The notes under the pieces were generated by a model, which saw only the letters and a program-made list of their open reading frames with translations, searched no databases and was not told the DNA's origin. This document shows, piece after piece, positions 25,771 to 39,212 of a DNA stretch of 64,000 nucleotides (its first letter is position 1; each line of letters begins with the position of its first letter). The position numbers and the translations under genes were made by a program. Origin of the DNA: Octopus vulgaris (taxonomy: Eukaryota). Where the stretch lies: positions 174,344,001-174,408,000 of the forward strand of contig OX597815.1 in assembly GCA_951406725.2 (NCBI GenBank). Direction: 5' to 3'.

Positions 25771-27440
25771 CTCATCTCTGAAAATAGCAGGAGTAATATC
25801 AGTAGCTCAATGAATATATTTTTTTTGTTTTTTTATTTCATCTAGTTTCAGCTCACAAGCTGTGGCCATGCTGGAGCACCGCATATTTATTATTTATATG
25901 CAGATGACATATTTATTATTTGGTATTATCAGGAGTATATCTAAATTCTGTTTGGTCATATGACTGCTATACTTAATTCTAGTCAATATGCTTCAAAGAA
26001 AAGAAGTTATAACTAGTATTATATAATATACTAAAGCAATGATAAGCAGTGTAATGCAATACTTGTACTCCAAACCAAGAGCGACTCTGCTTTCACAAAA
26101 TATTTTGTATAAATATCACTGTGATGCAAAAAAACCAAAAACCTATAACATAAACAGAAAATGTTTTGTAAACGAAAGTAAAAAAAAATCCTCCTACCTA
26201 AAAATTTCTCAAAGGGTGGATTAACTTAAGATCTAGTACATTTGCAGAAGATTTTAAAAAGAAAAGATGGAATGACCCCTAAAGGTCCCTACAGAATGAC
26301 AAAAAACTTTGGTTAGAAGAGAATCATCAGATGTAAGAACAATATAACTTGAATAGTTCAAAAAGGAAATCCATAATGACTTTGTAAGTCATTTCGATGC
26401 TGACACAGATTGTTTAGGTTTGATGTTATAAACATGTCAACATACTTCAATGGCCTGCCAATAACAATACATTTCTCTGCTGCTTCTCCAATGCACAAAC
26501 ATCACGATTTTTCTCGGATTCTTTTATTTTAATATTTGTGGGGATTTTTTTTTATGTCTGACATCACTCTTGTTGGATTTTGTAAGAAATAGTACATTAC
26601 TCTTACCCAAGTTAAGTGGAAGTGAAAGCATTTGTGTGAGAAAAATGTAAAGGGGTCACACTAGATATTAAACTTGATGTGTTTCAAAGGTCTGATGCAG
26701 ATGAAAAAAAAAAGCAGCCACATTGCAATAACATTAACGCTTGCAATGTCTCTAGTGGGAACATTATGTGACTTAAAGACAAAAAAGATAAAATTAGTTC
26801 AAGTGTCTAAGCAGCTACTTTATTAAATACCAGACATTGGCTTTTCATAGATCAGAAGTGATGCTAAAACTGGAACTGCTCTTGAGTATGCAAATCAATA
26901 ATAAGAAAGGACATAATGTGCTGATAAATACGGTTGTCATTCAAGTGGAACTGAAAAGATTGTATGAAGATTTGCAGCTTCTGATACAAGACTTTTTTTT
27001 TTAATGTAGTAAAGGCTAGCCAGCACCTTGATTTGCCCTACATTAAAATGACTGGTGAAACTATCATTACTGATACAGAGGCTGCAACTACTTATCCCAC
27101 TAAACTGAAAAATATACTAGAGGAGGTTACATGCTAGAACAAATATGCACTATTGATGAGATTGGCTTCTTCTGGAAGTTCATACCAGCTAGTATTTTTA
27201 TTTCAAGTGAATAAAAATTAGTACTATGCTTTAAAGTTCTCAAAAGATTATTTGATACTCATGTAAGAGAAAATGGTGTTTATTACATGAAATTAGAATT
27301 CCTAATTATATCACTATGAAAATCCAAGAGTGTTCAAGTACTGATAGATTTAATCTGCCTATGAGAAGGCAGTTAAGAGGGTTTGGATGGCTACAAACAT
27401 TTTCCAAAACTGGCTTCAAAACATTTATTTTTCTTCTTCT

Positions 27441-27621
<181 letters not shown>

Positions 27622-28026
27622 TTGTCCTGGTATGTTTCCAATAAAGCATTGCCCCTTTCAGACACTGTTCCAAACCACCCAGTAAACTTTAAATTATCTT
27701 TCTAATAAAGTGTATGTGGCATGTATTCTTGAGAATATAGTATAACTTCTTTGCTCCAGACAATGGATTGAGAGGTAACAGCTAACTTTATGGCATATCA
27801 TTTGAGAACTTTCAAATCATTCATAAAAGTAGCTGATGGGGAGGGCAAACTTATAGTTAGGGACCCTTAGGGAAAGTTAAACATTGTAGTTGCATTGGAT
27901 AATGTCAACAAATGATTTGGAATTCTTAGCTATTTACAGTGTTTGTAAAACATAATGAGATTATCAATAACTGTATAGGTTTTTTACTCGCAGAAAGTTT
28001 ACATCAAGTTCAGTAAGATTTTGTAA

Positions 28027-28645
28027 CATCATCATTATCATCATCATTTAGCGTCCGCTTTCCATGCTAGCATGGGTTGGACGGTTCAACTGGGGTCTGG
28101 GAAGCCAGAAGGCTGCACCAGGCCCAGTCTGACCTGGCAATGTTTCTACGGCTGGATGCCCTTCCTAACGCCAACCACTCCGTGAGTGTAGTGGGTGCTT
28201 TTTACATGCCACTGGCACAGGTGCCAGATGAGGCTGGCAAACAGCCACGATCAGATGGTGCTTTTTACGTGCCACCGGCACGGGGGCCAGGCAAGGCTGG
28301 CAAACAGCCACGATCGGATGGTGCTTTTTACGTGCCACTGGCACGAGGCTAGTCGAGGCAGCGCTGGCAACAGCCATGTTCGGATGGTTCTCTTACGTAC
28401 CACCAGCACTGGTATCACAACTGCAATTTCCATTGATGTTGATCAATTTCAATTTTCACTTGCCTCAACAGGTCTTCACAAGTAGAGTTTTGTGTCCCAA
28501 GAAGGAAAGGTATGCATAAGTGAACTGGCTACATCCCATGTAGAGGCCACGGGTTATGGTCTCACTTGTCCTGCCGGGTCTTCTCACGCACAGCATACTT
28601 CCAAAGGTCTCTAGTCATTTCCTCGGTGAGACCTAAAGTTCGAAA
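28027..28645 (-). mobile_element. RTE LINE 3' end (ORF2 tail and 3'UTR)
   Basis: RTLGLTEEMTRDLWKYAVREKTRQDK matches the end of ORF 19052-19318; shared 3'UTR. Confidence 0.9.
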
Positions 28646-29374
28646 TAATAAATAGGTAGTCACAGATGATGTGATTGATTTGCTAGAGTCCCTTAGAAAA
28701 AAGCTTGTGTATAGAGAAATTAATGAGGCTAGAATAAGAGTGAATTGTGGGACAAGGAGAAAAGACAAATTCCACTCACTCCAGTTGATTGCAAAGAATG
28801 TGGCTAAAGGGTTGGCACTTACGGGAGGAAAGTCTGCAAATCTTTGCTGATAAGGATCCTAATTTTGAACATAAAAAATTGATGGGAGTTCATGATGAAC
28901 AATTCTTACATTGAATTGCAGACAGAGAAAGTATACCTTTAGTCTTAGACAACTTTGGACAAGTTCTTCACCCTGCATCAGATACTGATGATCTACAGGG
29001 CAGAAGACAGTACTTCTCTTCCCCATCTCCCATCAGTCATCCCACAGCCCTCAATATCATATGCAATGAGTTCGTATTGTACTACGATATAACTGTATTA
29101 TTCACTATTGTATTCCTCTTCAAATGTATTTATGAACACTTGTACCAAGTTTAGAAATCGATAGTTGCCTGCATCAAAGTAGTTGTATTGTTTCTTTCTG
29201 AAAGAAAATTCTATGGGAACGTCTCTCAGTTTGTGACAGGTCATTACAGAATTCGCGCTCCGGCAAGATTTTCAGGGACGCAACACTTTCATAAGGCAGG
29301 GAATATCTTTCATGCCCTGATGCATAAGTTTCATTTCCTTGATGATATATTATACACTCTTGTTTATATATATA

Positions 29375-29745
29375 CTAGCAGTATCGCCCGGCGTTGCTCG
29401 GGTTTGTAAGGGAAATAACTATAAAGCATTTTTAGTGAGTTATAGGCAAAAAATGGGAAAAAAAATGATGGTAAATTTTTTTTAGTTAAAAAGGTCGAGT
29501 TGCGTCCCCTAGACAGTCTGTGGTTTGTGTTTCTGATTCTCGACCCCATGTCGAATTTATCGATTTTTTTCAGAACTGGGGGAACTTTTCAAAATTTTCG
29601 CTGCGTTAGTTTTGAATTATGACATTGGGCTATGTGTGTGTCAAGTTTCATCAGAATCGGTTGAAAGCCGTGGTCAGGGTGAGGGTACAACCTAACAGAC
29701 ACACAGAAACACACACAGACAAACTGCCGTTTATATATAGAGAGA
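29375..29745 (-). mobile_element. Non-autonomous Helitron (DINE/Lep1-like), young
   Basis: Minus strand reads A|TCTCTCTATATATAAA...CTAG|T. GC hairpin cccggcgttgctcggg (29387-29402) near the CTAG end; CpGs retained. Confidence 0.8.
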
Positions 29746-29887
29746 TGTATATACATTTGTCTTTTTTTACTCTTGATTCTACTTCAAATTTCGTGACAAC
29801 CAATGATGACACAGAAATTTTTTAATGCATTTCCTCGTGTTCAAGTTTTCAGAATGAATAAGTAACTAATCTGCTACTTTCACATAC

Positions 29888-29925
29888 ACATTCCGCTGTT
29901 TAGCTCGAATGCAGATCCTTCAAAT
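29888..29925 (-). other. Candidate 38-nt exon of a divergently transcribed gene
   Basis: Strong acceptor ttttttttttacag and donor gtatgt on the minus strand; ends in ATG-T. Confidence 0.35.
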
Positions 29926-30039
29926 CTGTAAAAAAAAAAATTGTACTCATCTAACATACTGTATTTTAATAATAGTCAAACTTTTAATTATTACATGGAA
30001 GCGATAAAATGAGAAGAAAACAAAAAGTGAGATTTAGAA

Positions 30040-30481
30040 ATAAGAGATCTTTCGATGTAAACCGCGAGTGCGAAATGAGATAACGTCAGCTGTTGTAATT
30101 ATGTTCGTGAAGTGGTAGGCGGAAACTGCCGAATACTTCCGACTGAAGTATGACAAATCGTTAGACCCTGAAGAACTATCTTCAATCGAAGTCGTCCTTT
30201 CTTACTCTCGGTTTCGCTGTGCTTTTCTTTTTCAGACCTGACCTTGTTTCTCCAGCTATTTTAACCTACTACCTTCCATTTAATGCACCACCAGTTCGAT
30301 AATATTATTAAACTCCACACGTTTGTTATTATAGCCATTAATCGGTGACGTCGTGAAAACACACTTTGGCCTTCTGTATTTACACGGACACTTAATTACC
30401 ACAAATTATATACACCAAGAAGAAACTGATATAAAACTTCGATATTTTTCTCTATACGTTTCTGTTAAAACCCCAACAAAT
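30040..30481. promoter_or_regulatory. CpG-retaining promoter/5'UTR region of the AGPAT gene, possibly bidirectional
   Basis: Visibly more CpG than the flanks. ETS-like ggcggaaac and acttccg (30118-30141), CRE-like tgacgtc (30346). Confidence 0.55.
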
Positions 30482-30669
30482 ATGGGTTTTTGGGACATAA
30501 TATTCTGGATTTTCCTTCTGATTTTACTGACCATACCGGTTCTGTATTCATTTAGTGGACACTTCAGGTACTATGTCAAGATAGGTATTTATTACTTCAT
30601 CGTTCTGTTTCTGGCCACAGTTGTTTGTTTGGTTGCCTGGGTCCGGCCTTTTCATGTCAACAACCACAA
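30482..30669 (+). CDS. AGPAT1: First coding exon of 1-acyl-sn-glycerol-3-phosphate acyltransferase (AGPAT1/2-like LPAAT)
   Basis: MGFWDIIFWIFLLILLTIPVLYSFSGHFRYYVKIGIYYFIVLFLATVVCLVAWVRPFHVNNHK parallels the AGPAT1 N-terminus (LP.L...S..AKYFFKMAFY...LFLA....C.VR.RNVENMK). It ends in a phase-2 donor AA|gtaagg at the same Lys where vertebrate AGPAT1/2 have an intron. The catalytic NHQS exon was not seen in the window. Confidence 0.85.
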
Positions 30670-32493
30670 GTAAGGCACTCTTATTTTTATATCTACTTTC
30701 ATTTTATTCTTCCGTTGTACTCTGCATTTTTCTTTCTCTCCATTCGCATTAACACTTGCTTAAAATCAATTTTATTTATCATTTCTCATAATTTCAGTTT
30801 GTCATGCTTTATTTTTTAAATCTCTACCTCTCTCTGCGTACTTTACTTATAACTCAACCTAACTACACGTGTCTATGAATATCTAATTCTTATTAGATTA
30901 TTTCATGTTGAAGCTAGTTTCTAGAGGTTCTTAAAACTGAAATAAGCACATTGCTTTTTCCTAATAGAACACGTTGAAACATCATGCATAATTTTGTAAT
31001 CTAACCCTTTAAAATCACGTTTCAGGTTTCATTCATTCGCTCGTTCGTTCATTCAGTTTCACTTTAATGCAGACGATATATGTTTAGGAGGCTAACTTTA
31101 ACTTTCTGTCGGCTTTGTTCCTTCACTCGCACTCTTTCACAATTAAGCAAAAGGTTATTCACATTTCTGATATCTATTAGATCACTTTCTAATTCTCTCG
31201 GTTGCCTATTTAATAATATAAGCAAAAATAGAGTAATTCTTTTACTATAATTTTTATTATATAACGTTATATGAAAAATCTCTGAGGTTATCGTAATGTA
31301 AGTGAAAGTTCACTCGTACATGTTACTCCGTTTCTATTCCCTACTGAAATAACTCTATAATTCTTTATACTCCTAAGTATATCAATACCACAATGTCATA
31401 TTTAGTTTCCCTTATAAATCGGAGATTTTGTGTCTTTGTAAAATATCGTGGTATTGCAGAAATTTGAATTCTTAACAAATTTCCTGTTATTTTAGATTCA
31501 CTTGTCTTCTACACTCCTTTTTTGAAGACTTAGAAAGTACGATCCTGTTATGACATCCTCTCTGCAGTCACTCGACTTGCTAGAAATAGCAGCCAAATTA
31601 CCCTCAAATTACATCCGACCTCCAAGGACAGTCCGCGATACACAAAAAGAATGGATGGCCACGGTTGGAATATCTTTGATCAAAAGTTTACTTGATCAGG
31701 ATAGGCCTACAGCTAAATTAGTAAATTACATGTTTCAACTTGCTTCATTTGTTTCTGAAATTCGATAATCATGCTCGATTTGTATGAAATTGTTTTCTAA
31801 TTTTTGTTACATTCTGTAAATTCACATAAGATAATTAATTGAATTAAGTTTACCTTCGGTGTTGAATCGAGCTTATACCTATCTTTCTTAAAACGAGAGA
31901 AAAGCAGCGTAATTGTAAAAAAATATACTTAAGCTCTAGAAAGCACTAATATAGAAAGCTCCAGTAATTGAAAATTTAAAGACTCGCGTGACACCATCTG
32001 TAAATATGCGTGAAAGTTAAAATCGACAACTACATGCATATCAATATAGGGTATAGTATGATAGCTGGCATGAGTAAACTCATCTAAATACCTTAGCCAA
32101 CGTGCCATTCAATGGCTATTACTCCATCACTCTGTACTTCGAATCTATTGCTTCTGTCTTTCAGTATTTTGGGGGCAGGGGGTGTTATTATTCCAATGTT
32201 GAAAATAACTGTAAATGTTTTATTATTTATTCGTTCATTTAAGATATACTTCCTTAGTTGCAGGGGAAAATAGGGGTTTTCTTGTAATCTGTAGGTAGAC
32301 GTTTCTGTTGAGATATTAGGGAATCCACAAAGCGAATAAAGGATTTTAAATTGTCGATCTCCTATTTTGTGTTACACAATTATAACTACATCGGTTCCTT
32401 ATTATTGTTGTTGCTGTTGTAAAAATTCAAGATTTTTCATAGCTCATATGAAGGTGTTTCGTCTTTCAAAAAAGACATTACTAACCTTGCCAA

Positions 32494-32563
<70 letters not shown>

Positions 32564-34282
32564 TGTATTTTTTTTTACGCTGTGATGATCAATGTACTAA
32601 TTCACTTTATTCCGTACAGCTATGACCTGTTCATTGATACGTGTACTTTAAACAGTATTCTTTTTTTTTTTAATATACAAGTTAACCTCAAGAAAGTAAC
32701 GTGCTTTTTGTATGTTCGGATTTATAATTTTTCATATACTGTATAATGGTTTTCTAAATTCAAGTAATTTTGAAAATTGGTAAAAACTGAGAAAGAATGA
32801 AATAAGCACATGCTGTGGTTACGATAAAAAAAAAACGTGGTTTCTAGATAACGAAAAAGAAAGTAGAAATGGAATGGAAACTACTAGTAAAGAATGAAAC
32901 ACTAGGCGGGAAAAGTTTGGAAATTGAAAGAGAGGATTAGAAAACCAAAGAAATATTGTGCCGTACTGTACAGCTAACTACTCCAGTGTGTTTCGTTGTT
33001 GGGGATGGACGGATTGTAAAGGGAGCAGACAAATCGTCATGTTTAATAAATTTTCTTTTTGTTCCTCATCAATAGAAGGAGGTGGGAATGACGAGAGTGT
33101 AGTAGTTGTCAGCTTGAGAACTACTGAACTTAGAGCATTTAAAAGGACATCCTTAATTTGATATATTAGGATCGCTTCCTGAAACGACCTTGAACTGATT
33201 ATCATGATTCAGTGAACTAGATATTTAAATCATCTTATCTAACTTTCTAATGTCTTCGTCAGTTTCAACACCTTTTAGTCATGAGAAACATTTAGTTTTT
33301 TATAATTAATTGAAGCAGCTTCATAATTGCTATTCTTTTAAAGTAAGGTAAATAGTTCTCAGGAAAAGAAATTTGTCAAATGTAGGTTAAACAGTATTTT
33401 GCATTTCAGATAGAAAGCAGGGATGCATCTTTTGGAGTAGATGATCTCTTTTAAAAATTGAAATCGTGGTTATTTCATGTTAAAATTGCTTAATAATGAA
33501 GATCAATCCGGACAGAAAATCTGCCTTCATTCAGAGAAAAAAAACAAACTGCTAGAAGTTATATTCCATATTCTCATAAAAGGTTGTTAGTAACACACTT
33601 AAGCCTATAGTCATATAAACACAAATTCTGTCTTGATTGACTTTGACAATTTTCATTAGTTAGTCTGTAGATAAGGATCAGTACTTACAATCCTTGGAGA
33701 GGGAATGTTCTCAGGGATAAGGATTTAGTTGAGATCTTGTTCAGAGACTGTCAAGTGGAAAAGGAATTGATACATTGTAAGTTAGTGTTGTGTGTCTTGA
33801 ATAGCAATTGGTTAGAGTTAGTTTACTTATCAGATTAACGACCCTGTGTGTGGTGTCCAGATATATGAATAGTGTTGTAAGAGGAAAGTGGGTGGCAACA
33901 ATTGTTCAAATCTAAATTAGTTTCTGGTCTTGAATAGGAAACCTAGTGTTGTAGATACTATTTTCACTCCATCATGAATAATGATCACTATGAAATGTCA
34001 TCTGAGTTTGTTATGTCTACGGATTAATAAATTAAGTCTAGATCCATAAAATAGAAGAAACAACATAGGTTCACCTTGTTGAACTAAAGTAGTTCAATGA
34101 TTCATGGCCTGAAACAGGAATTCTGCCAGAGCTGCATCTGAGTAACAAATCTGTATATAATCGTACTGTCTCTGAGATGAGTTTATGTATGTTGTCCCTT
34201 TGAAGCTACGAGTGCTGGGAAACATTCCAGCTTTATGAGGACCAAATATGCCTTTTGTATGTGATATCATAAAATTTTAAAC

Positions 34283-34500
34283 CATCATCATCATCATTTA
34301 ATGTCAGTTTTCCATGCTGGCATGGGTTAGACAGTTTGACCAGGGCTGGAAAGCTGGAGAACTGCACCAGGTACCAGTCTGCTTTGGCATGGTTTTTATA
34401 ACTGAATACCCTTCCTAACACCAACTACTTTACAGAGTGTGCTGGGTGCATTTTTTTTTTTTTTTGCACTGACATGGATGTTTTTAAATGACACTGGCAT
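34283..34500 (-). mobile_element. RTE 3'UTR fragment
   Basis: (cat)n tail followed by ttccatgctggcatggg...cccttcctaac. Confidence 0.75.
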
Positions 34501-37500
34501 GAAATAAGAAAATTGATTTTTTTAAGTATAAAAAGTTTACTATATGCTGTTGATTTTGGGATCATGCACTATCATTGAAATTAAATATGAAATTTATTGA
34601 TAGCTTCTTCTCCATCTGATAAGAGGCACAAGTCCTATGCAACCTGTTGTTGTTGAATCATTTTATAGTTTAAAAAAAAATTGCAGTAGGCTAAATTTTG
34701 GAGTCTTCAGTGTCTGAAGTAGATTTTGAAATTTGTGTCATCACAAACAAAGGACGTGTTTGGTTCTCAACCCAACAACATTGTTTTGTTATCTTGTAAT
34801 AGTCAGAAACAACTATTAGCACACTTTTGAGTTTGGAATGTTTGAAACATTCATTCATACAATTTGAGTTTGAAAGTTGTTTTGTATAGCCCCAAATTAA
34901 TCTTGATCCAGCAGACAGATAATCAAATATGTTCCGACATGTATCTTCCATATTATTCTGTTACCTAACATATTATCCTATGTTATTTATGAAAGGTAAG
35001 GTGTGGTATAAGAAAGATTTTATTGATATTTCAAGTGGGTAGAAAGACTACAGAGCAGCAGTTCTCAATCCTTTTGAGTTTGTGTAGAACCGAAGATCAC
35101 ATATTGTTTGGAAAGTTTCAAAAATTATTTTAAAGTTACATTTTTTTAAAAATATATATAAAAACTGATTGTTTACTTTGTTTTGTTAATCATACTTGTA
35201 TATAACAAAACTATGAACAATAGTTTTCAAAGTGTTCATATATTAGAGTGAACTTTTAAAGCCTTAAATTATAAAAATTGGTAGTGCACCTGGGTACATG
35301 CGCATTGTGGTGTATTGTTTCAGAATTAGTTGTGTTGAAGCTCCCTCGGTGGCTTAAACTTGAAAGAGTTATGTAAGATGGGGAAATATAGAGATAATTG
35401 GTTGCTGAGTGTAATCTCTAGGGAAAAGAGGGATGATAAATTTGTGTTTGTGTGTATTAATATACTGAAGAAAAAATTTAATTTCCTGCAGCTTAATTAT
35501 CATGTAAAAAGGTTTTGGAATATTTTCCCATGCATAACTATAGTGATTCATATTTTTTATCTGGTGTTTTGTTTATCTTTTCAATATTATTTGTGTGGCA
35601 AGACAGTTCCATTCAACTTTTGTCAGTATGTTGCTGGATAAAAGTTTCAACATACCATCACTTGTTCTCAGCTATGCTGGTTGTAGGTGTGCCTGTCTAT
35701 GTTAGCCAATTGTGGGTTGAATGGGATGTTCTTGTGGTTGGGTGATTAATGCTGGCTTCTAAGTAGAATTTGATCACAAGAAAAAAATTACCAGAATAGA
35801 TACTGTAAAGATATCTTGTTCAATGCTCTAACAATTCTGCCAATCCACGGATCTCAGTTTATCAATATCCAATGCAATGAAATACAAAGTTGACCTCAGC
35901 CAGGTTTGATCTCAGACTACAAAGAGCCAAAACATATTGCAAGCCATTTTATCTGAAGCTCTAATGAATCTGTCAATATCTGCCTTGCAGGTCTTACAGT
36001 TCTCTAAGAAATTAATATTTTGGTTGTTGTAATTCTCTTTTACCGATCAAATTTATTTAGTTATTGGCTAGACTAACCCTTTTTGCTGAACATTTACCTA
36101 AAACATTTGAATACTTATTTTCCATAACTTTTACCATTATATAATAGACCTAAAATAAATGCATTGTTCACTACTCTCTCAATTTCAATACCTGTCTCCC
36201 TTTAGTGAAAATGTTTTTTGTCTGAATTCATTATACCACTTAAGTTATTTGTAAAGTAGATTGTTTACATCAATGAAATTTTGTTTGTTCTTATCAGTAA
36301 TCTTAAATATTTGTTAACATTTGTCCTAGTTTTGATATCTGGTTGTTCATGCAGATGTTTTCAAAATTGTATTGTAATTTCTGAATGAAATGCCAAGACC
36401 AAATCATTAATATGACTATAAACTGTTGTATTTGATTATAGAACACTGTAGCTCGAGGCCTTTTGACAAATAATTCCTGTTGTCTATATTTTTATAAGCT
36501 GATTAGGATAAGTCTTATATCAGAATGAAAACTGGAGAAATGATCTAAAATCCATCAATACCACTTAATTCTTATCATCACACTATGACATTAAATCAAA
36601 AATTAATAAAGACCTTAATTTATAAGATATAGCAAAAAAAAATATGGCATGGAAACAAATCTAAACAGACCACTTAGTTTTCTTTTGCACTTTCATGTTT
36701 TAATAAATTGTTTGATACAATTCTGCCTATAAATTTACATATTTTCTGTTATGATTTTTTTCCCCTTCTTAGCATGGTTTTGCTAAGTTGAGCATTTTAT
36801 GCAAATTGCAGGAGCAAATGTTTTTTACCCCTTTTTACAGTAATCCTTTATACGTGAGGCTAGAAAACTGCTAACTTTTCAATTAAGCAGATTTCTGAAG
36901 CCATTAGAGAATTATTCTTTGCTTTAAGGTTTTATAATACAATGTTTATTATATAATTTCAAAAAATGCTCTTGAGCTTATGTGCTCCAATATCTAAACA
37001 ACTTTTTACATCTCTGAACATCATTGCTGTCATCATCATGTACATCATTAACTTTTACATTCTAAATTTCTCTTGTGAAAGTTGTTGAGTTTTCCACACA
37101 GAAGCCTTCCACATCTTTTTCTTTCTTTTGCTTGTTGATTCTTGTTGAAGGGACGATACTCATGATTTTGTAGGCCCTCTGAAACAGATGAAACTTATAC
37201 TTTTAATGTTCTCATTTGCAAATTGATACCTTACAAGAAAGATATGAGCTGGGAGGAAATTCTTGAGAGGAAAGACTGATACCTCCTAACTAGGCACAAG
37301 TCTAATTCCATAAGAGAAATATTTTCCTTTTTCTATCTACTACTGTTTTTTGGCAGGTATCACAGTGAATTGGTTCCAAACTGAAAATGTATTAATCTTT
37401 ATGTATGTACCCTCTGTGTTAACTCTTCATTTGTTCTATTTCAAGTGACTGGCTTGACTAATTAAGGAAAATAAGTTGTGTACAGTAACAAAAAATAGAA

Positions 37501-38179
37501 TTAACTTTATAAAACATCACAGTTGCCAAGGAAAAAGATCTTAATACATTTAAAAAAATAATTTCATGTTGTTTATTATTGAACATTGCTTAAACCAACT
37601 TCAGAACATTAACCATACATTAATAATAATGTCTTCTGACTCAGTACAGGTCTAGTTTTTGTTATCTAGTTTAATTTACAAGGATTATATTTTTTTATTG
37701 TTGACTAATTCCCAATTTAACCTCATAAACACCTTTTCAAATTGCTTTTTAATTACTTTCAAATCTTAAATTGTTGGTTTGACATTCTTTCCTAATATGT
37801 CTAGATAGGATATTCACTTATTGTAACAGTTCTCATTTTCTGTTTTATCTTAGTAAGGTTTCATTTATCATTTTTATCTCAATTAGAAAGTGTGAATAGA
37901 ATGACATTAATAACTCTAATGAATCATTGAATCTCAATAATTTATTTGGTGTTAGAGTTGAGATAAGGAAACAGAAAATATTTTATCTTGCCGCAGCAAA
38001 TTATTCACATTTCATAAACAGCTGTCCAGAAAAAGCTTCCTGCAGATAACTCTTTTCAAAGAATTCTTCTTCATTTGTTATGGATTAAGTACAATGGTTC
38101 TTACCAAAAATAATACAAAAGTGGGCATTATTTTTTTATTAATTGATGTAGGTCATTCAAATCACACTTGTTGGTGAAA

Positions 38180-39212
38180 TAATCCCCCTTCTATATAAAG
38201 TTATTAACCCAACATAGTCTCTATCACCAGCAATGCATTAATGCCATCATTTAACCCAGCTCTCCAATCTTCTTTGCAAATATTCAGGTGTGCAATGTTG
38301 TACTGACTTCTTCACAGCTCTATCATCAAATTGTTGTTCTTGAAGACTATCTTTCATTGGATCAAACAGATAAGAGTCAGAGAGTACTAAATCCAGGCTG
38401 TACAGAACCACCAATCAGGCATAATTTGCCAGTTGCCTGATTTGTTGTCAAAGATATGTTTAGATTCCTACTTGCTATCTTCCTCCTAATGACCTCTCTA
38501 AACTTTTTGAGTGTCTCAGTGTACTACATGCTGTTCATTGTACAGCAATGTTCCAGAAAATCAAGAACAACAATGCCTTTGTCATCCTAGGCACCATGAC
38601 TTTCTATGCCAATCACTAACCCTTGATGTGTTTTAGGCCTTAAAGAAAAGAAGTAACACCATTTCATGGATTAGGCCTTTATTTCCAGATCATAAAGCTA
38701 CAGCCAAATTTCATCTGGTGACAACCAGATCAAAAACAAAATGTCTTCATAGGCTTCAAATGCTATCAACTGATCAGAGCAGACTTCTACCCTTCCACTC
38801 TTCTCTCCTTCCAATTGGGTGTCAACTGCCAAGGTATCCACTTTGTACTTTGTGATAACCAAAGTCTTCTGCTAACTTCTGTAATGCATTGTGACTACTG
38901 TCCAGTTATGTAGCAAGCTCACAGAGTATGACTTGTCTGTCCATGCAAATCATTTTGTCCACTGATGATTCATGCCTGTGGTCACTATTGATGGGCTCTC
39001 ACAGCATAAAGTAAATGCTAGTTTCTATTTTCTTAAACTTCTTCATACATCTGTGCACATTGCTCTTGTCAATGGAGTCATCTCCATAGACAACCTGCAT
39101 CCCTCCAAAGAAAAAGGAGAGTTACTCTGCCAATATGTGCAAGTTGAACAATCATTGTCAGTTAAAAAAAAGTCATGCCCACTTTTGCATTACTTTCTGT
39201 AGAACTCTCATA
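38180..39212 (-). mobile_element. Highly decayed mariner remnant
   Basis: Minus strand YSLDLVLSDSYLF (~38365-38405) and TIR-like tatgagagttctacagaaagtaatgca at the right end. Confidence 0.6.

Noticed and set aside
28195-28400. Repeat-spacer pattern resembling a CRISPR array
   Set aside because: The spacers are mutually similar, the array lies in an RTE 3'UTR found in several copies, the context is eukaryotic and there are no cas genes.
30353-30481. Upstream extension of the AGPAT ORF from a GTG start
   Set aside because: Non-ATG start; similarity to AGPAT begins at the ATG at 30482.
33241-33266. Minus-strand CTGACGA...GAAA motif
   Set aside because: No stem II or stem I can form; too degenerate to call.
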